From the IMG/VR virus record IMGVR_UViG_3300036770_006330: 64,000 nucleotides of DNA; one strand, given 5' to 3'. The stretch comes from a virus. This document shows, piece by piece, positions 47,744-56,658 of this stretch (position 1 is its first letter; each line of letters begins with the position of its first letter). The notes below the pieces were generated by a model. It saw only the letters and a list, made by a program, of their open reading frames with translations, was not told where the DNA came from and made no database searches. A program made the position numbers and the translations under genes.

Positions 47744-48262
47744 TTATTTCGCCTTTCGTACGATGATGTTTGTTTTTGCTTCGCCAACTTCGCAGAAGTT
47801 ATCTGCGCTGATGCCGATTTTGGATAGCTCTTTTACGCGCCAGTAAGACACCGCAGCGAATTCAAACATCTTGACCATCATGTCCTGCGGCGTCATGACA
47901 ACTTCGCCGGTATCCATATCGACTGCCATGTCGTTGATGCGGCTCGCTACGTTTTTTGCAAGTTCTGCGTGGTTCCATGACTTGCGGTCTGCGCCAGATT
48001 TTTTCTCCACCTTGTGACCGCCCTCGAGATTCACCTCCGGGATGTCGCCCATCTTGTCAATCATGATTTTGCACGCTCCGTCATACACAACAGAGATGTC
48101 CGCCTTGAGTGAGTGTAGGCCGACAATTGCATCGGCGAGTTTGGAAATATCCACGTCGTTTTCAGAGAGTGCAACAAATTGCTTCTCAAGGTCGATGAGA
48201 GCAGAACTTATTTGAGTGAGTTGCTCTTGCCATTGCTCGTAGGTTGATGCATCAGTACTCAT
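47744..48262 (-). CDS. hypothetical protein
   Basis: GGAGGG RBS; first gene after a strong promoter; YWRVKEL..IGI..D motif. Confidence 0.65.
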   Translation of the reverse strand: MSTDASTYEQWQEQLTQISSALIDLEKQFVALSENDVDISKLADAIVGLHSLKADISVVYDGACKIMIDKMGDIPEVNLEGGHKVEKKSGADRKSWNHAELAKNVASRINDMAVDMDTGEVVMTPQDMMVKMFEFAAVSYWRVKELSKIGISADNFCEVGEAKTNIIVRKAK

Positions 48263-48299
48263 AATCCCTCCTAGGTTTTATAAGTGTAGGTTTTAGGTG

Positions 48300-49604
48300 T
48301 CAGATAATTATAGACACCGGACGGCGCTGTGGCAACCCCAAACCAGCAAGATATGTAAATGCACCGACTGCCGAGTCGACCTGGTCGTCGTGGTCGCAGG
48401 CTTCAGGGAAAGACGAAAACTCATCAAGCCAATCCGTCAACCATGCCCCACGAACAACTCTTACGTTTCCATTAGCTACTGCTGCGGCAAATGGCCGAGA
48501 CCTGGTCTCCTTGTCTCCGGTGGAACGAATGCCTTGGAAGTCATAGCCTGGCAAAACGTATCTCGCATATTGGTCAACGAGGGCCTTGCCTGAAGAGCCG
48601 GGCTCCTGTTCCATTCTCACTGAAACCGAATGCCCGTCCTCGTAGGCTGTTTGAGCTATTAGCTGTTCGACTTTCTCGTTTTTGACCCGGGCGCGCTTTA
48701 CGTCCAGGATGTAGGCGATTCCTTGGTCAAAAAGCATTAACGTTCCCACCGTATAGTCGGGGTCAGGGTTTGAAGGACCAGGCTCGGAAGCCGCCAAATC
48801 CCAGAATCGAACCGCTCTCGCAGACGATAAAACCTGCGGAACTTCCTGGTGGTCAATAACAACAAAATTAGTTCTATCGAATAAAGTTCCCAGAGTAGTA
48901 GCCCACCAGTCGCCCATTTCGAGACGACGACGCTCAATCGGGTCAAGTGCAGAGAGGGCCTGTCGATACGAATCGGCATCGATGCCGGGGTTGTCGGTCA
49001 GCTTGGAGGGTACAAATATTCTGTTCTGCTCCCGCCCCTCAACGATGAATCTCTGGCGGACCCAATTGGGAGCGGGGTTTGATGCTGCCCGCATACGAAG
49101 TGGGACTTTGGATAGTTCTCCAGTTGAAGGCCTTCTTAGTCGAGAAAAGAGATAGCGATAATCTGATTCTCGAATTTCGGTCACCTCATCCATACCAATG
49201 AACTGGAATTCAGAGCCCTTGTATCTCAAGTAGTCATTCGTATTATTCAGGTATCCGAAAGATATTCGTGCCCCAGACGGGAAAGTAGCTACGTAGGTGT
49301 TGTTATTCCAATGGACTTCATCATAATTAGTTATCCATGAACGAAATCGGTCCATCAGGGCTCCCGGCAGGGCCAGGTCGGCATAGGTTTTTCTGAACAG
49401 GATTGCGGAATACCCAGGTATGTCAACGTACTGGAGGGCGGACATCAAAAGAGCGGATGATTTTCCTCCGCCAGCCGCACCGCCAAAAAGCGCTTCAATT
49501 GAGTAGGTACGCAGAAATACATTCTGTGTAATTGAAGGAGCTTCAGGACAGTAAAGCGGTTCCTTTGGTTTTAAATACTGAAGTACTTTGTTCCAGTCAG
49601 TCAT
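48300..49604 (-). CDS. terL: terminase large subunit
   Basis: GGAAGGGKS Walker A, FIGMDE Walker B, ASNP, FWDLA, HDDQVD nuclease motifs. Confidence 0.95.
   Translation of the reverse strand: MTDWNKVLQYLKPKEPLYCPEAPSITQNVFLRTYSIEALFGGAAGGGKSSALLMSALQYVDIPGYSAILFRKTYADLALPGALMDRFRSWITNYDEVHWNNNTYVATFPSGARISFGYLNNTNDYLRYKGSEFQFIGMDEVTEIRESDYRYLFSRLRRPSTGELSKVPLRMRAASNPAPNWVRQRFIVEGREQNRIFVPSKLTDNPGIDADSYRQALSALDPIERRRLEMGDWWATTLGTLFDRTNFVVIDHQEVPQVLSSARAVRFWDLAASEPGPSNPDPDYTVGTLMLFDQGIAYILDVKRARVKNEKVEQLIAQTAYEDGHSVSVRMEQEPGSSGKALVDQYARYVLPGYDFQGIRSTGDKETRSRPFAAAVANGNVRVVRGAWLTDWLDEFSSFPEACDHDDQVDSAVGAFTYLAGLGLPQRRPVSIII
48307..48335 (-). promoter_or_regulatory. sigma70-type promoter inside the terL 3' end
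   Basis: TTGCCA-N17-TATAAT pointing at the recombination operon. Confidence 0.7.
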
Positions 49605-49676
49605 GAGTTCTCATTCAAGCCACGTATTGGTACTAGTATTTAATCACATGTTCAGTGCTTATCCGAATGGGGTTCG

Positions 49677-49841
49677 ATGAAATTCGCACAATGGTTTACT
49701 CGGTCAAGAGCTGCCAATCTTCTTATCGCGTCATTTATAATTATGACAACGATAGGCGCTTTCATTTTTAGTATTCCGGTGGGTTTTATAGTCGCCGGAG
49801 TGTCGTGCGGCGCCGTCGGGCTCCTTCTCGGACTGGAATAA
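49677..49841 (+). CDS. small two-helix membrane protein (not in ORF track)
   Basis: Hand translation, 54 aa: MKFAQWFTRSRAANLLIASFIIMTTIGAFIFSIPVGFIVAGVSCGAVGLLLGLE; immediately before the portal. Confidence 0.7.
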   Translation: MKFAQWFTRSRAANLLIASFIIMTTIGAFIFSIPVGFIVAGVSCGAVGLLLGLE

Positions 49842-49850
49842 ATATAAAAC

Positions 49851-52133
49851 ATGGCTTGGAACTCCTCTAAAAACAAGTCACTTGGCTCGGCTTCGGAAAA
49901 ATCCATTCTTGGCCCAGGTGCTCCAGTTGCATTCAACGCTGGCACGGTCGGCAAGCCGTATCGCGACTCGTGGGATATTGAGCGGGCATACCGCGAGGGG
50001 ATGCAGAAGGTTACTTGGGTCAATCGGTGCATTGACGCAATCGCAGGAAATCAGGCGCGGCTCCCAGTAATTCTACGAAAAGATAATTCTCCGGATGGGA
50101 AAATTGTCACCGACAATAAAGACAATAAAATTCTCGACCTTCTTAATACAAAGTCGAACATCGGTGAAAACTCTTTCGTGTTCAGATATCGACTCTCGTC
50201 ACAACTCTTGCTTTCGTCGCGTGGAGCTTTCATCGAAAAGGTCCGTGGCAGGGACGGAAGCATTATTGGTCTTCACCTACTCCCCCCTCAGCACACTGCG
50301 CCAATCCCGCACCCAAAGACATTTGTCTCTGGTTTCGAAGTTGACATGCGCAATGGAACAAAAATTACGCTAAAGCCAGATGACGTTGTTTGGATTCGCA
50401 AGCCACACCCGCTTGACCCCTACCTCTCGCTTACTCCACTCGAGTCAGCCGGTATTGCAGTAGAAATTGAAAATCTTTCAAAAATATACAATCGCAACTT
50501 TCTCCTAAATGACGGACGTCCTGGTGGCTTGCTTGTCGTGCGTGGAGAAATAGATGACGACGACAAAGACGAATTGCGCAGCAGGTTTAGGGGCAATATA
50601 AACCGTGCTGGCGCAATAACAGTTGTGTCTTCAGATGAGGGAGTGGACTTCGTCGACACCGGCTCTAATCCGCGCGATGCGAACTATATCCAAATGCGCC
50701 AAATCACCAAAGAAGAAATTCTTGCTTCATTTGGTGTACCAGAATCAGTAATCGGAAATGCTGCAGGCCGCACATTCAGCAACGCAGCCGAAGAACACCG
50801 TGTCTTTTGGAATGAGACGATGCTCCCGCACATGGAACTGATTGGACGCGGGCTAGATGAACTCGACGACGAGTACTACATCGATTTCGACACATCAGAA
50901 GTGCCAATTCTTGTTTTGTACAAACAGGAACGTGAAAGATATTTGCTTGATGAGTTTCAGAACGGCCTCATCAGCGGCAACGAATACAGAAAAGGAACTG
51001 GCCGAAAGTCGATTGATTCGGACCTGATGCAAGCCATGTTGGCGAATCCAAACCTGACTCCGATTGGATACACAGACAAGAAGTTTGATTCAACACAGCA
51101 AGCGCAGATGGCTGGAGCTCAACCTGGAGTCCCCGGTGTCGCTGCGGCAGGGATGATGCCAGCCCCAGAGGCAGCTGCCCCAGGTGCGGAACAGGCGCCA
51201 CCAGCTCAGCCGCAAGGTCCGCAGGAGCTTCCGGCACAGATGGTTAATTTTAATGAAAAGCCAAACACGATGACTGAGGCGTTAGCTGCCGAACAAACGC
51301 AACAGCCAGCTCAGCAGCAGCCGGTAATGGCTTCGCCAACAGCTTTGTCGGCATTCGGTTCTGATATGCAATTCAAGTCTGAGACAAAAGAGGTTTCCGA
51401 TTGGGATGCGAAAGCGGAAGAGAATGCAGATAGATGGGTTGAAATTTTGGACCGCAACATTGAGCGTCTGTTTGAGCGTCAACAGCGGGTAGTCCTTGAA
51501 AAGGCAACCGGCGCAAAGTCGAAGAAACTAATTTCGGCAAACACCCTCACGGTTGAGAATATTTTTGATGATGAGGTGTGGGACAAGCAGCTTGAAGACG
51601 ATATTCGTCCTGTCATCTCTGGCATAACCGCAGACGCAGCCAGACTAATTACTGAGCAAACCGGCATGCCTGTCGACATTGATGATGAAGAGGTGAAACA
51701 GGTCGCCGAAGCGCAGATGGAACGAATTAAGAAAGTAAACCAAAACACCAAGGGCGAAATTGCATCAGCAATTTTGATTGCAATGGCACTTGCTGATGAC
51801 GAAGACAAAGTAGGCATGCTAAAGGCAGCCCTTATGGCAATCTTCATGAATCTCATATCTCAGCGTCGCCGAATGATTGCCGAGCATGAGGGTCAGGCGG
51901 CATATAACGCCGGCGTTTATTTTGGGTCCAAGCAGGTCGGTGCAACAACAAAAACGTGGATTTCGAACAAGGACTCGAAAGTCCGGGCTGAGCACAGACT
52001 GCTGGATGGCGACACAGTCGAAATGGGCGAAAACTTCAGCGTCAACGGCCAGATGATTCGTTTTCCTGGTGACCCACAGGCGCCCATAGGGCTAACAGCC
52101 AACTGTAGGTGCAGACTCCGCTTCGCAATTTAG
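49851..52133 (+). CDS. portal protein (HK97-like) fused to Mu gpF-like head morphogenesis domain
   Basis: WVNRCIDAIA, LLNTKSN, NFLLNDGRPGG, EILASFGVP; C-terminal KTW...DSKVR..H...FPGDP...NCRC. Confidence 0.92.
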   Translation: MAWNSSKNKSLGSASEKSILGPGAPVAFNAGTVGKPYRDSWDIERAYREGMQKVTWVNRCIDAIAGNQARLPVILRKDNSPDGKIVTDNKDNKILDLLNTKSNIGENSFVFRYRLSSQLLLSSRGAFIEKVRGRDGSIIGLHLLPPQHTAPIPHPKTFVSGFEVDMRNGTKITLKPDDVVWIRKPHPLDPYLSLTPLESAGIAVEIENLSKIYNRNFLLNDGRPGGLLVVRGEIDDDDKDELRSRFRGNINRAGAITVVSSDEGVDFVDTGSNPRDANYIQMRQITKEEILASFGVPESVIGNAAGRTFSNAAEEHRVFWNETMLPHMELIGRGLDELDDEYYIDFDTSEVPILVLYKQERERYLLDEFQNGLISGNEYRKGTGRKSIDSDLMQAMLANPNLTPIGYTDKKFDSTQQAQMAGAQPGVPGVAAAGMMPAPEAAAPGAEQAPPAQPQGPQELPAQMVNFNEKPNTMTEALAAEQTQQPAQQQPVMASPTALSAFGSDMQFKSETKEVSDWDAKAEENADRWVEILDRNIERLFERQQRVVLEKATGAKSKKLISANTLTVENIFDDEVWDKQLEDDIRPVISGITADAARLITEQTGMPVDIDDEEVKQVAEAQMERIKKVNQNTKGEIASAILIAMALADDEDKVGMLKAALMAIFMNLISQRRRMIAEHEGQAAYNAGVYFGSKQVGATTKTWISNKDSKVRAEHRLLDGDTVEMGENFSVNGQMIRFPGDPQAPIGLTANCRCRLRFAI

Positions 52134-52220
52134 AACTTTACTAAAACTAGCTAATTCATTCGCCAGCTTTACCCATTTATTGTTTATTATTGTGAATACC
52201 ATTCGCAGAAAGTAACCAGA

Positions 52221-54704
52221 ATGAACAATCAAGTCCAGGACTTTACTGAAACTCAGTACAAGGCAATCCCAGGTCAAATCAGCACAAACGAATCGCAGGG
52301 CATCGTTGAATGCTTTGTTGCTGGTATCGGGAACAAGGACAGCGTTGGTGACATCTGCCTGCCTGGCTGTTTTAACGGGTCTCTTAAAAGACGCAAGCCA
52401 AGAGTTGTTTGGGGCCACAATTGGAATGAGCCAATCGGAAAAGTTCTAGAAATTTATGAAGTCGGCCCAAACGACCCACGCCTGCCGGCAAAAATGAAAG
52501 CCAACGGAATCGGTGGCCTCTTTGCAAAGGTTCAGTTCAATCTCAAGTCCGAGCGCGGTCGCGAAGCTTTTAGCAACGTGCAATTCTTTGGCGAGGAGCA
52601 AGAGTGGTCGATTGGTTATAAAACTCTTGATGCAGTGTTTGATTCAACCAAGCAAGCCAACATGCTCAAAGAAGTTGAGCTGTATGAGGTGAGCCCGGTC
52701 CTGCATGGCGCCAATCAGCTCACGGGGACCATTTCAATCAAGTCAGATAAACCACTCAAGGACCCCAAGGGCGGATTGACCGCAGCAGGACGCGCACACT
52801 TCAAGAGAACCGAAGGCGCCAATCTCAAACCTGGCGTGAAGGGTCCAGCAGATACACCAATGAAGATGCGACGCAAGGGCTCATTCCTTACCCGTTTTTT
52901 CACCAATCCATCTGGTCCGATGAAAGATGAAAAGGGTCGCCCGACTCGACTTGCTCTCTCCGCTGCCGCATGGGGTGAGCCAGTTCCAAAGAATGCACAA
53001 GATGCAGCGCGTCTTGCGGCTAAGGGTCGCAGACTTCTCGAGCGCTATGAAAACTCAAAGAAGTCGGATGAAGCGTTTGAAGAAGTAGATGAAAAGAACG
53101 TACAGATTTACTCAATTTCAGACGCTTCGCAGAATCCAATAATCGGGCGCATGGGCAATCTCGCGAAGGCTCTTTCTTCCCACTTTGGTGGCGAAGTGGC
53201 GGTGCGAGAGGCGGACAGCAATGTCGTTGTTTTCGACATTGCAAAAGACGGCAAGTCCGAGACAATGAGGGCGTCTTACCACACTCCGAATGAATCAGAT
53301 TTTATGTTCGGAGCCGCACAACCAGTCCGAGTAGAAACAATCTACTTGCCGCTTGATTCAGATGGAATGCCATCCGGGTCTCCGATTCCTTCGAGTCCAA
53401 ATATGCTTAACTCCCCCCAGAAAACTGGATGTGGATGTGGTGGAGCATGCGGAATGAAGTCGTCTCCATTCGCAACATGGGAACAGTTTAAAAATGACAC
53501 ACCTGGCATCCACATGTTTGTCAAAACTGCGAATATGGAAATGTACGAAGTTGCAAACGAAATCGCTGATTACCACGGTTTTGATGTTGAGCTGCTCGAG
53601 GATGGCTTTGCCATTGCGAACATTGACTGGTACGAAGAAGATGCCAGAAAGGCTCTTGTATCAGCAATCGAGGCAATTGAACTGAAGGCATTTGCCCGCG
53701 CAGCGAGAGCGCCACTTGGAGCAGCACGACGCGCTCGACGAATGGTTAAACCCTCGTCGTTCGACGGCGATGGTGACGGCATGAGAACTGGCCCAGATGG
53801 AAGAGACAACATTCCATATAGGAAGCCAAATGTTCCATCAATGATGCCCCCGCGAAGGGAGCCAACTGAAGTTCCCGAGCGCGAGAGAAAACCAACGGTA
53901 ATCCCAAGAACCGTTCCGCGCCCGCAGCCAGCTCCAACCCCCGCCCCCGCACCAGTACGTCCGAAGACTCCAGCAAGACCGGGGACGCCAGGTGCTGTTT
54001 CTGGAAGAATGGGCTCTTCGCGTAGAGGTTCAAAGCTCAAACTGACGGATGCTGAGATTTACAAGCAGCGCATGGCGGGTGCCTCACTCGAAGATATGGC
54101 AAAGAAGCTCGGAGTAGAGCGAATTGATATTCGCCGTGCAGAGCAAAGGCATATGCAGAAGATGCGCAAGAGCCCGTCAGCGATACTCGAACAGTTGAGG
54201 GCGCTTGAAATGGACCCGTCTTCGCCATCAGGAACTCCACAACGGGCGATGGAGAGAGCGGTTGAAATGCTGGCCGAACAAAACTCTATGTCCGCCGAAC
54301 AGGTGCGGGCAAGGATACGTCGAGCTTTGGCTAACGAGCGTAAAAAGAATATGACCAAGTCCGCTCAGGACGCAAGGTCTTTGGCGGCGTCTATACACAT
54401 ATCCATTTCTGAGAACTCAGACGTGTTTGTCAAGTCGTACTGCTCTGCAGTATCAGACGAACATCGAGCAGTGATAATTCCGATTGAAAACGAATTTATT
54501 GCTGAGTTTAAGGACGCTATGGAAACTGTTGGCAGTTACCACAACGTAACAATGGAGTTCATTGACAACGCAGTAAAGATTACGAATGCGGCAGAACTTA
54601 CGGATGATGCGGTCGAGGCGTTGTCTAATGTTGTTCATTCAACTTTGATGACGGTTCCGGTAGAAGACTCTGAAATCGCAAGAGTGCTTGGCCTCACGGT
54701 CTAG
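52221..54704 (+). CDS. HK97-family prohead protease with long multidomain extension
   Basis: GNKDSVGD, WGHNW..PIGK, WSIGY, LYEVSPVLHGAN; followed by DUF6321-like KDPKGGLTAAGR, Pro-rich linker and HTH. Confidence 0.9.
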   Translation: MNNQVQDFTETQYKAIPGQISTNESQGIVECFVAGIGNKDSVGDICLPGCFNGSLKRRKPRVVWGHNWNEPIGKVLEIYEVGPNDPRLPAKMKANGIGGLFAKVQFNLKSERGREAFSNVQFFGEEQEWSIGYKTLDAVFDSTKQANMLKEVELYEVSPVLHGANQLTGTISIKSDKPLKDPKGGLTAAGRAHFKRTEGANLKPGVKGPADTPMKMRRKGSFLTRFFTNPSGPMKDEKGRPTRLALSAAAWGEPVPKNAQDAARLAAKGRRLLERYENSKKSDEAFEEVDEKNVQIYSISDASQNPIIGRMGNLAKALSSHFGGEVAVREADSNVVVFDIAKDGKSETMRASYHTPNESDFMFGAAQPVRVETIYLPLDSDGMPSGSPIPSSPNMLNSPQKTGCGCGGACGMKSSPFATWEQFKNDTPGIHMFVKTANMEMYEVANEIADYHGFDVELLEDGFAIANIDWYEEDARKALVSAIEAIELKAFARAARAPLGAARRARRMVKPSSFDGDGDGMRTGPDGRDNIPYRKPNVPSMMPPRREPTEVPERERKPTVIPRTVPRPQPAPTPAPAPVRPKTPARPGTPGAVSGRMGSSRRGSKLKLTDAEIYKQRMAGASLEDMAKKLGVERIDIRRAEQRHMQKMRKSPSAILEQLRALEMDPSSPSGTPQRAMERAVEMLAEQNSMSAEQVRARIRRALANERKKNMTKSAQDARSLAASIHISISENSDVFVKSYCSAVSDEHRAVIIPIENEFIAEFKDAMETVGSYHNVTMEFIDNAVKITNAAELTDDAVEALSNVVHSTLMTVPVEDSEIARVLGLTV

Positions 54705-54707
54705 ACG

Positions 54708-55094
54708 ATGCGTGACAATAACCTGTTGACAACGGCGCTGAACAACGCCACCAGGCTTCGCGATAAATCAATCATTAACGGCGATTTGAAGTCTGTGAGC
54801 AAATACGAAACAATTATTGACGAGCTGAGTGACGCAATTGAAAATGCGCAACTCGCTCCAGAGTTGATTGCATACAGAGTGAAGTCGTCGCGCTTTCTTA
54901 GACCGAAATCAAAACCCAACGTCAGCCGTAGTAACCCTGTTATGGGTTATGCTAAACCTATACAACATCAACGAATTTCATACAAATACAACTGCATGGT
55001 TACTGGCATAAAGCGCATGGATACGTGCGCTGGATGCAGTAATCCAAAAGGTTGTCTTTCGAATTCGATGCAATACAAGGAGCATCAGACATGA
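54708..55094 (+). CDS. hypothetical protein with C-terminal 4-Cys motif
   Basis: YNCMVTG..DTCAGCSNPKGC. Confidence 0.6.
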   Translation: MRDNNLLTTALNNATRLRDKSIINGDLKSVSKYETIIDELSDAIENAQLAPELIAYRVKSSRFLRPKSKPNVSRSNPVMGYAKPIQHQRISYKYNCMVTGIKRMDTCAGCSNPKGCLSNSMQYKEHQT

Positions 55095-56587
55095 CCGAGA
55101 AAGCAGCAGTCGTGAAATTGAACTCGGACGGTGAACTCGTCCAGTGCGCTAAGGGTCTTGCTGGCTCGGAGTGTGGCTATAAGGCTGGAGCAAAGGTATG
55201 TGGCAAGTGCGGCGCCATGGCTGTATCGATGAAAGATGACGAGAAAGAAGTTTCTGTGAAGCAGATGAAAAAGAAGAAGATGGCCGGTATGGTCGCCATG
55301 AATGCCAACCTCGATGAGGAAATGGACGACACCGACATGGAAGACACGGAAGACGAGGAATCGGAGGACATGGAGCTTGTTGACGACGAGTCAATGGATG
55401 ACGACATGGACGAAGAGGACATGGACGATGAAGAGGACATGGACGAAGAGGACATGGAGTCTGACGAAAAGATGATGTGGAGCGATGACGAGGATGACGA
55501 CATGTATGTCCGCCGTGCTGCGCCCAAGAAGAAAAAGAAGCAGTCGATGGAGGCCTCAGAAGCTGAAGTTGCAGCCGAAGAAGATGACGAAGACATCTAT
55601 GCAGATGAAATGGCGACAAGAAGCAAGATGCGCCGCAGAAGGCTTACAAGCATGGGCTACAAGTCAGAAGACTTTGATGATTCTGCATTTGTTTGCGCGA
55701 TTGACAAGAAGGTCTATCCAGGCGCCGCCAATGTGTGCGATAACTGCGTGGGTGGATGCGTTGCCGAAAAGGGAATGCCGGCGCTTATTGAAATCGAGGG
55801 CATGGCCGAGGATATGTTCAGAGGAAAGATTCTTGACTCTGGATATTCAGATGAGGCAGACCTGTTCATCGTTGACGTAGAGCGCAAGGACGGAAAGCCG
55901 ATTGAGGTGTTCTTCGACGGTTCAACCGGCGAGATGATGGGTTGGCACAGACTCCCAGAAGACGTAATGCAGGTCAAGTCGGGCTTGCAGAACAAGGTAA
56001 TGATTAGCTTTGGCGAAGCGGCTGACCTTGCCGTCAAGTCCGTTGATGGAGAAATAATTGCTGTAGAGCCAGACGTATTTGAGGGCTTTGATGTTTACGC
56101 CGTAGAAATCGAAGGCGTTAACGGAAAGTCGTATGACGTCTTCGTCTCTCTCGATGGCGAGGTGCTCGGATATGACGAGTACACGATGGAAGAAGCTTCG
56201 GAGATTGAAGCAGAGGCTGCTGAAATTGCCCTCAAGCGCGCATACTCGGAAGAGTCGCGTGGCGAGATGGCGAAGCGCGGAATGGCGCTTCCAGACGGGT
56301 CGTACCCAATCAAGGATGAAGCAGACCTCCGTAACGCAATTCAGGCATTTGGAAGAGCGAAGGACAAGTCAGCGGCAAAGGCGCACATCATGAAGCGCGC
56401 TGTTGACCTCGGCCTTGAAGACCTGATTCCAATGAATTGGGTTTCCAAGGATGACATGGAAAAGGCCAAGGGCGAAAAGTCTGCCGAGACGGCAGTTGCG
56501 TCAGACGAGTCGAAGTTCCTGTCAAGCCTCATGGAATTTGAAATGCTCACAGTCGAAGAGGAACTCAACGGCCCGAAATCCGAATAG
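55091..56587 (+). CDS. acidic head-module protein with Cys clusters and PepSY-like repeats
   Basis: Two 4-Cys clusters flanking a D/E/M tract; YAVEIEG..YDVFVSLDGEVL PepSY-like; ALPDGSYPI..DLRNAI domain. Confidence 0.6.
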   Translation: MTEKAAVVKLNSDGELVQCAKGLAGSECGYKAGAKVCGKCGAMAVSMKDDEKEVSVKQMKKKKMAGMVAMNANLDEEMDDTDMEDTEDEESEDMELVDDESMDDDMDEEDMDDEEDMDEEDMESDEKMMWSDDEDDDMYVRRAAPKKKKKQSMEASEAEVAAEEDDEDIYADEMATRSKMRRRRLTSMGYKSEDFDDSAFVCAIDKKVYPGAANVCDNCVGGCVAEKGMPALIEIEGMAEDMFRGKILDSGYSDEADLFIVDVERKDGKPIEVFFDGSTGEMMGWHRLPEDVMQVKSGLQNKVMISFGEAADLAVKSVDGEIIAVEPDVFEGFDVYAVEIEGVNGKSYDVFVSLDGEVLGYDEYTMEEASEIEAEAAEIALKRAYSEESRGEMAKRGMALPDGSYPIKDEADLRNAIQAFGRAKDKSAAKAHIMKRAVDLGLEDLIPMNWVSKDDMEKAKGEKSAETAVASDESKFLSSLMEFEMLTVEEELNGPKSE

Positions 56588-56658
56588 GGTAAGATGGTTG
56601 TTGTTCCAGCAAAAAAATAGGCGCAAGCGACTGAGCGGTCGCGCCCCAGGAGCAACAA

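Noticed and set aside
55149-55880. Ser-rich and other overlapping ORFs
   Set aside because: Shadows of the acidic D/E/M tract
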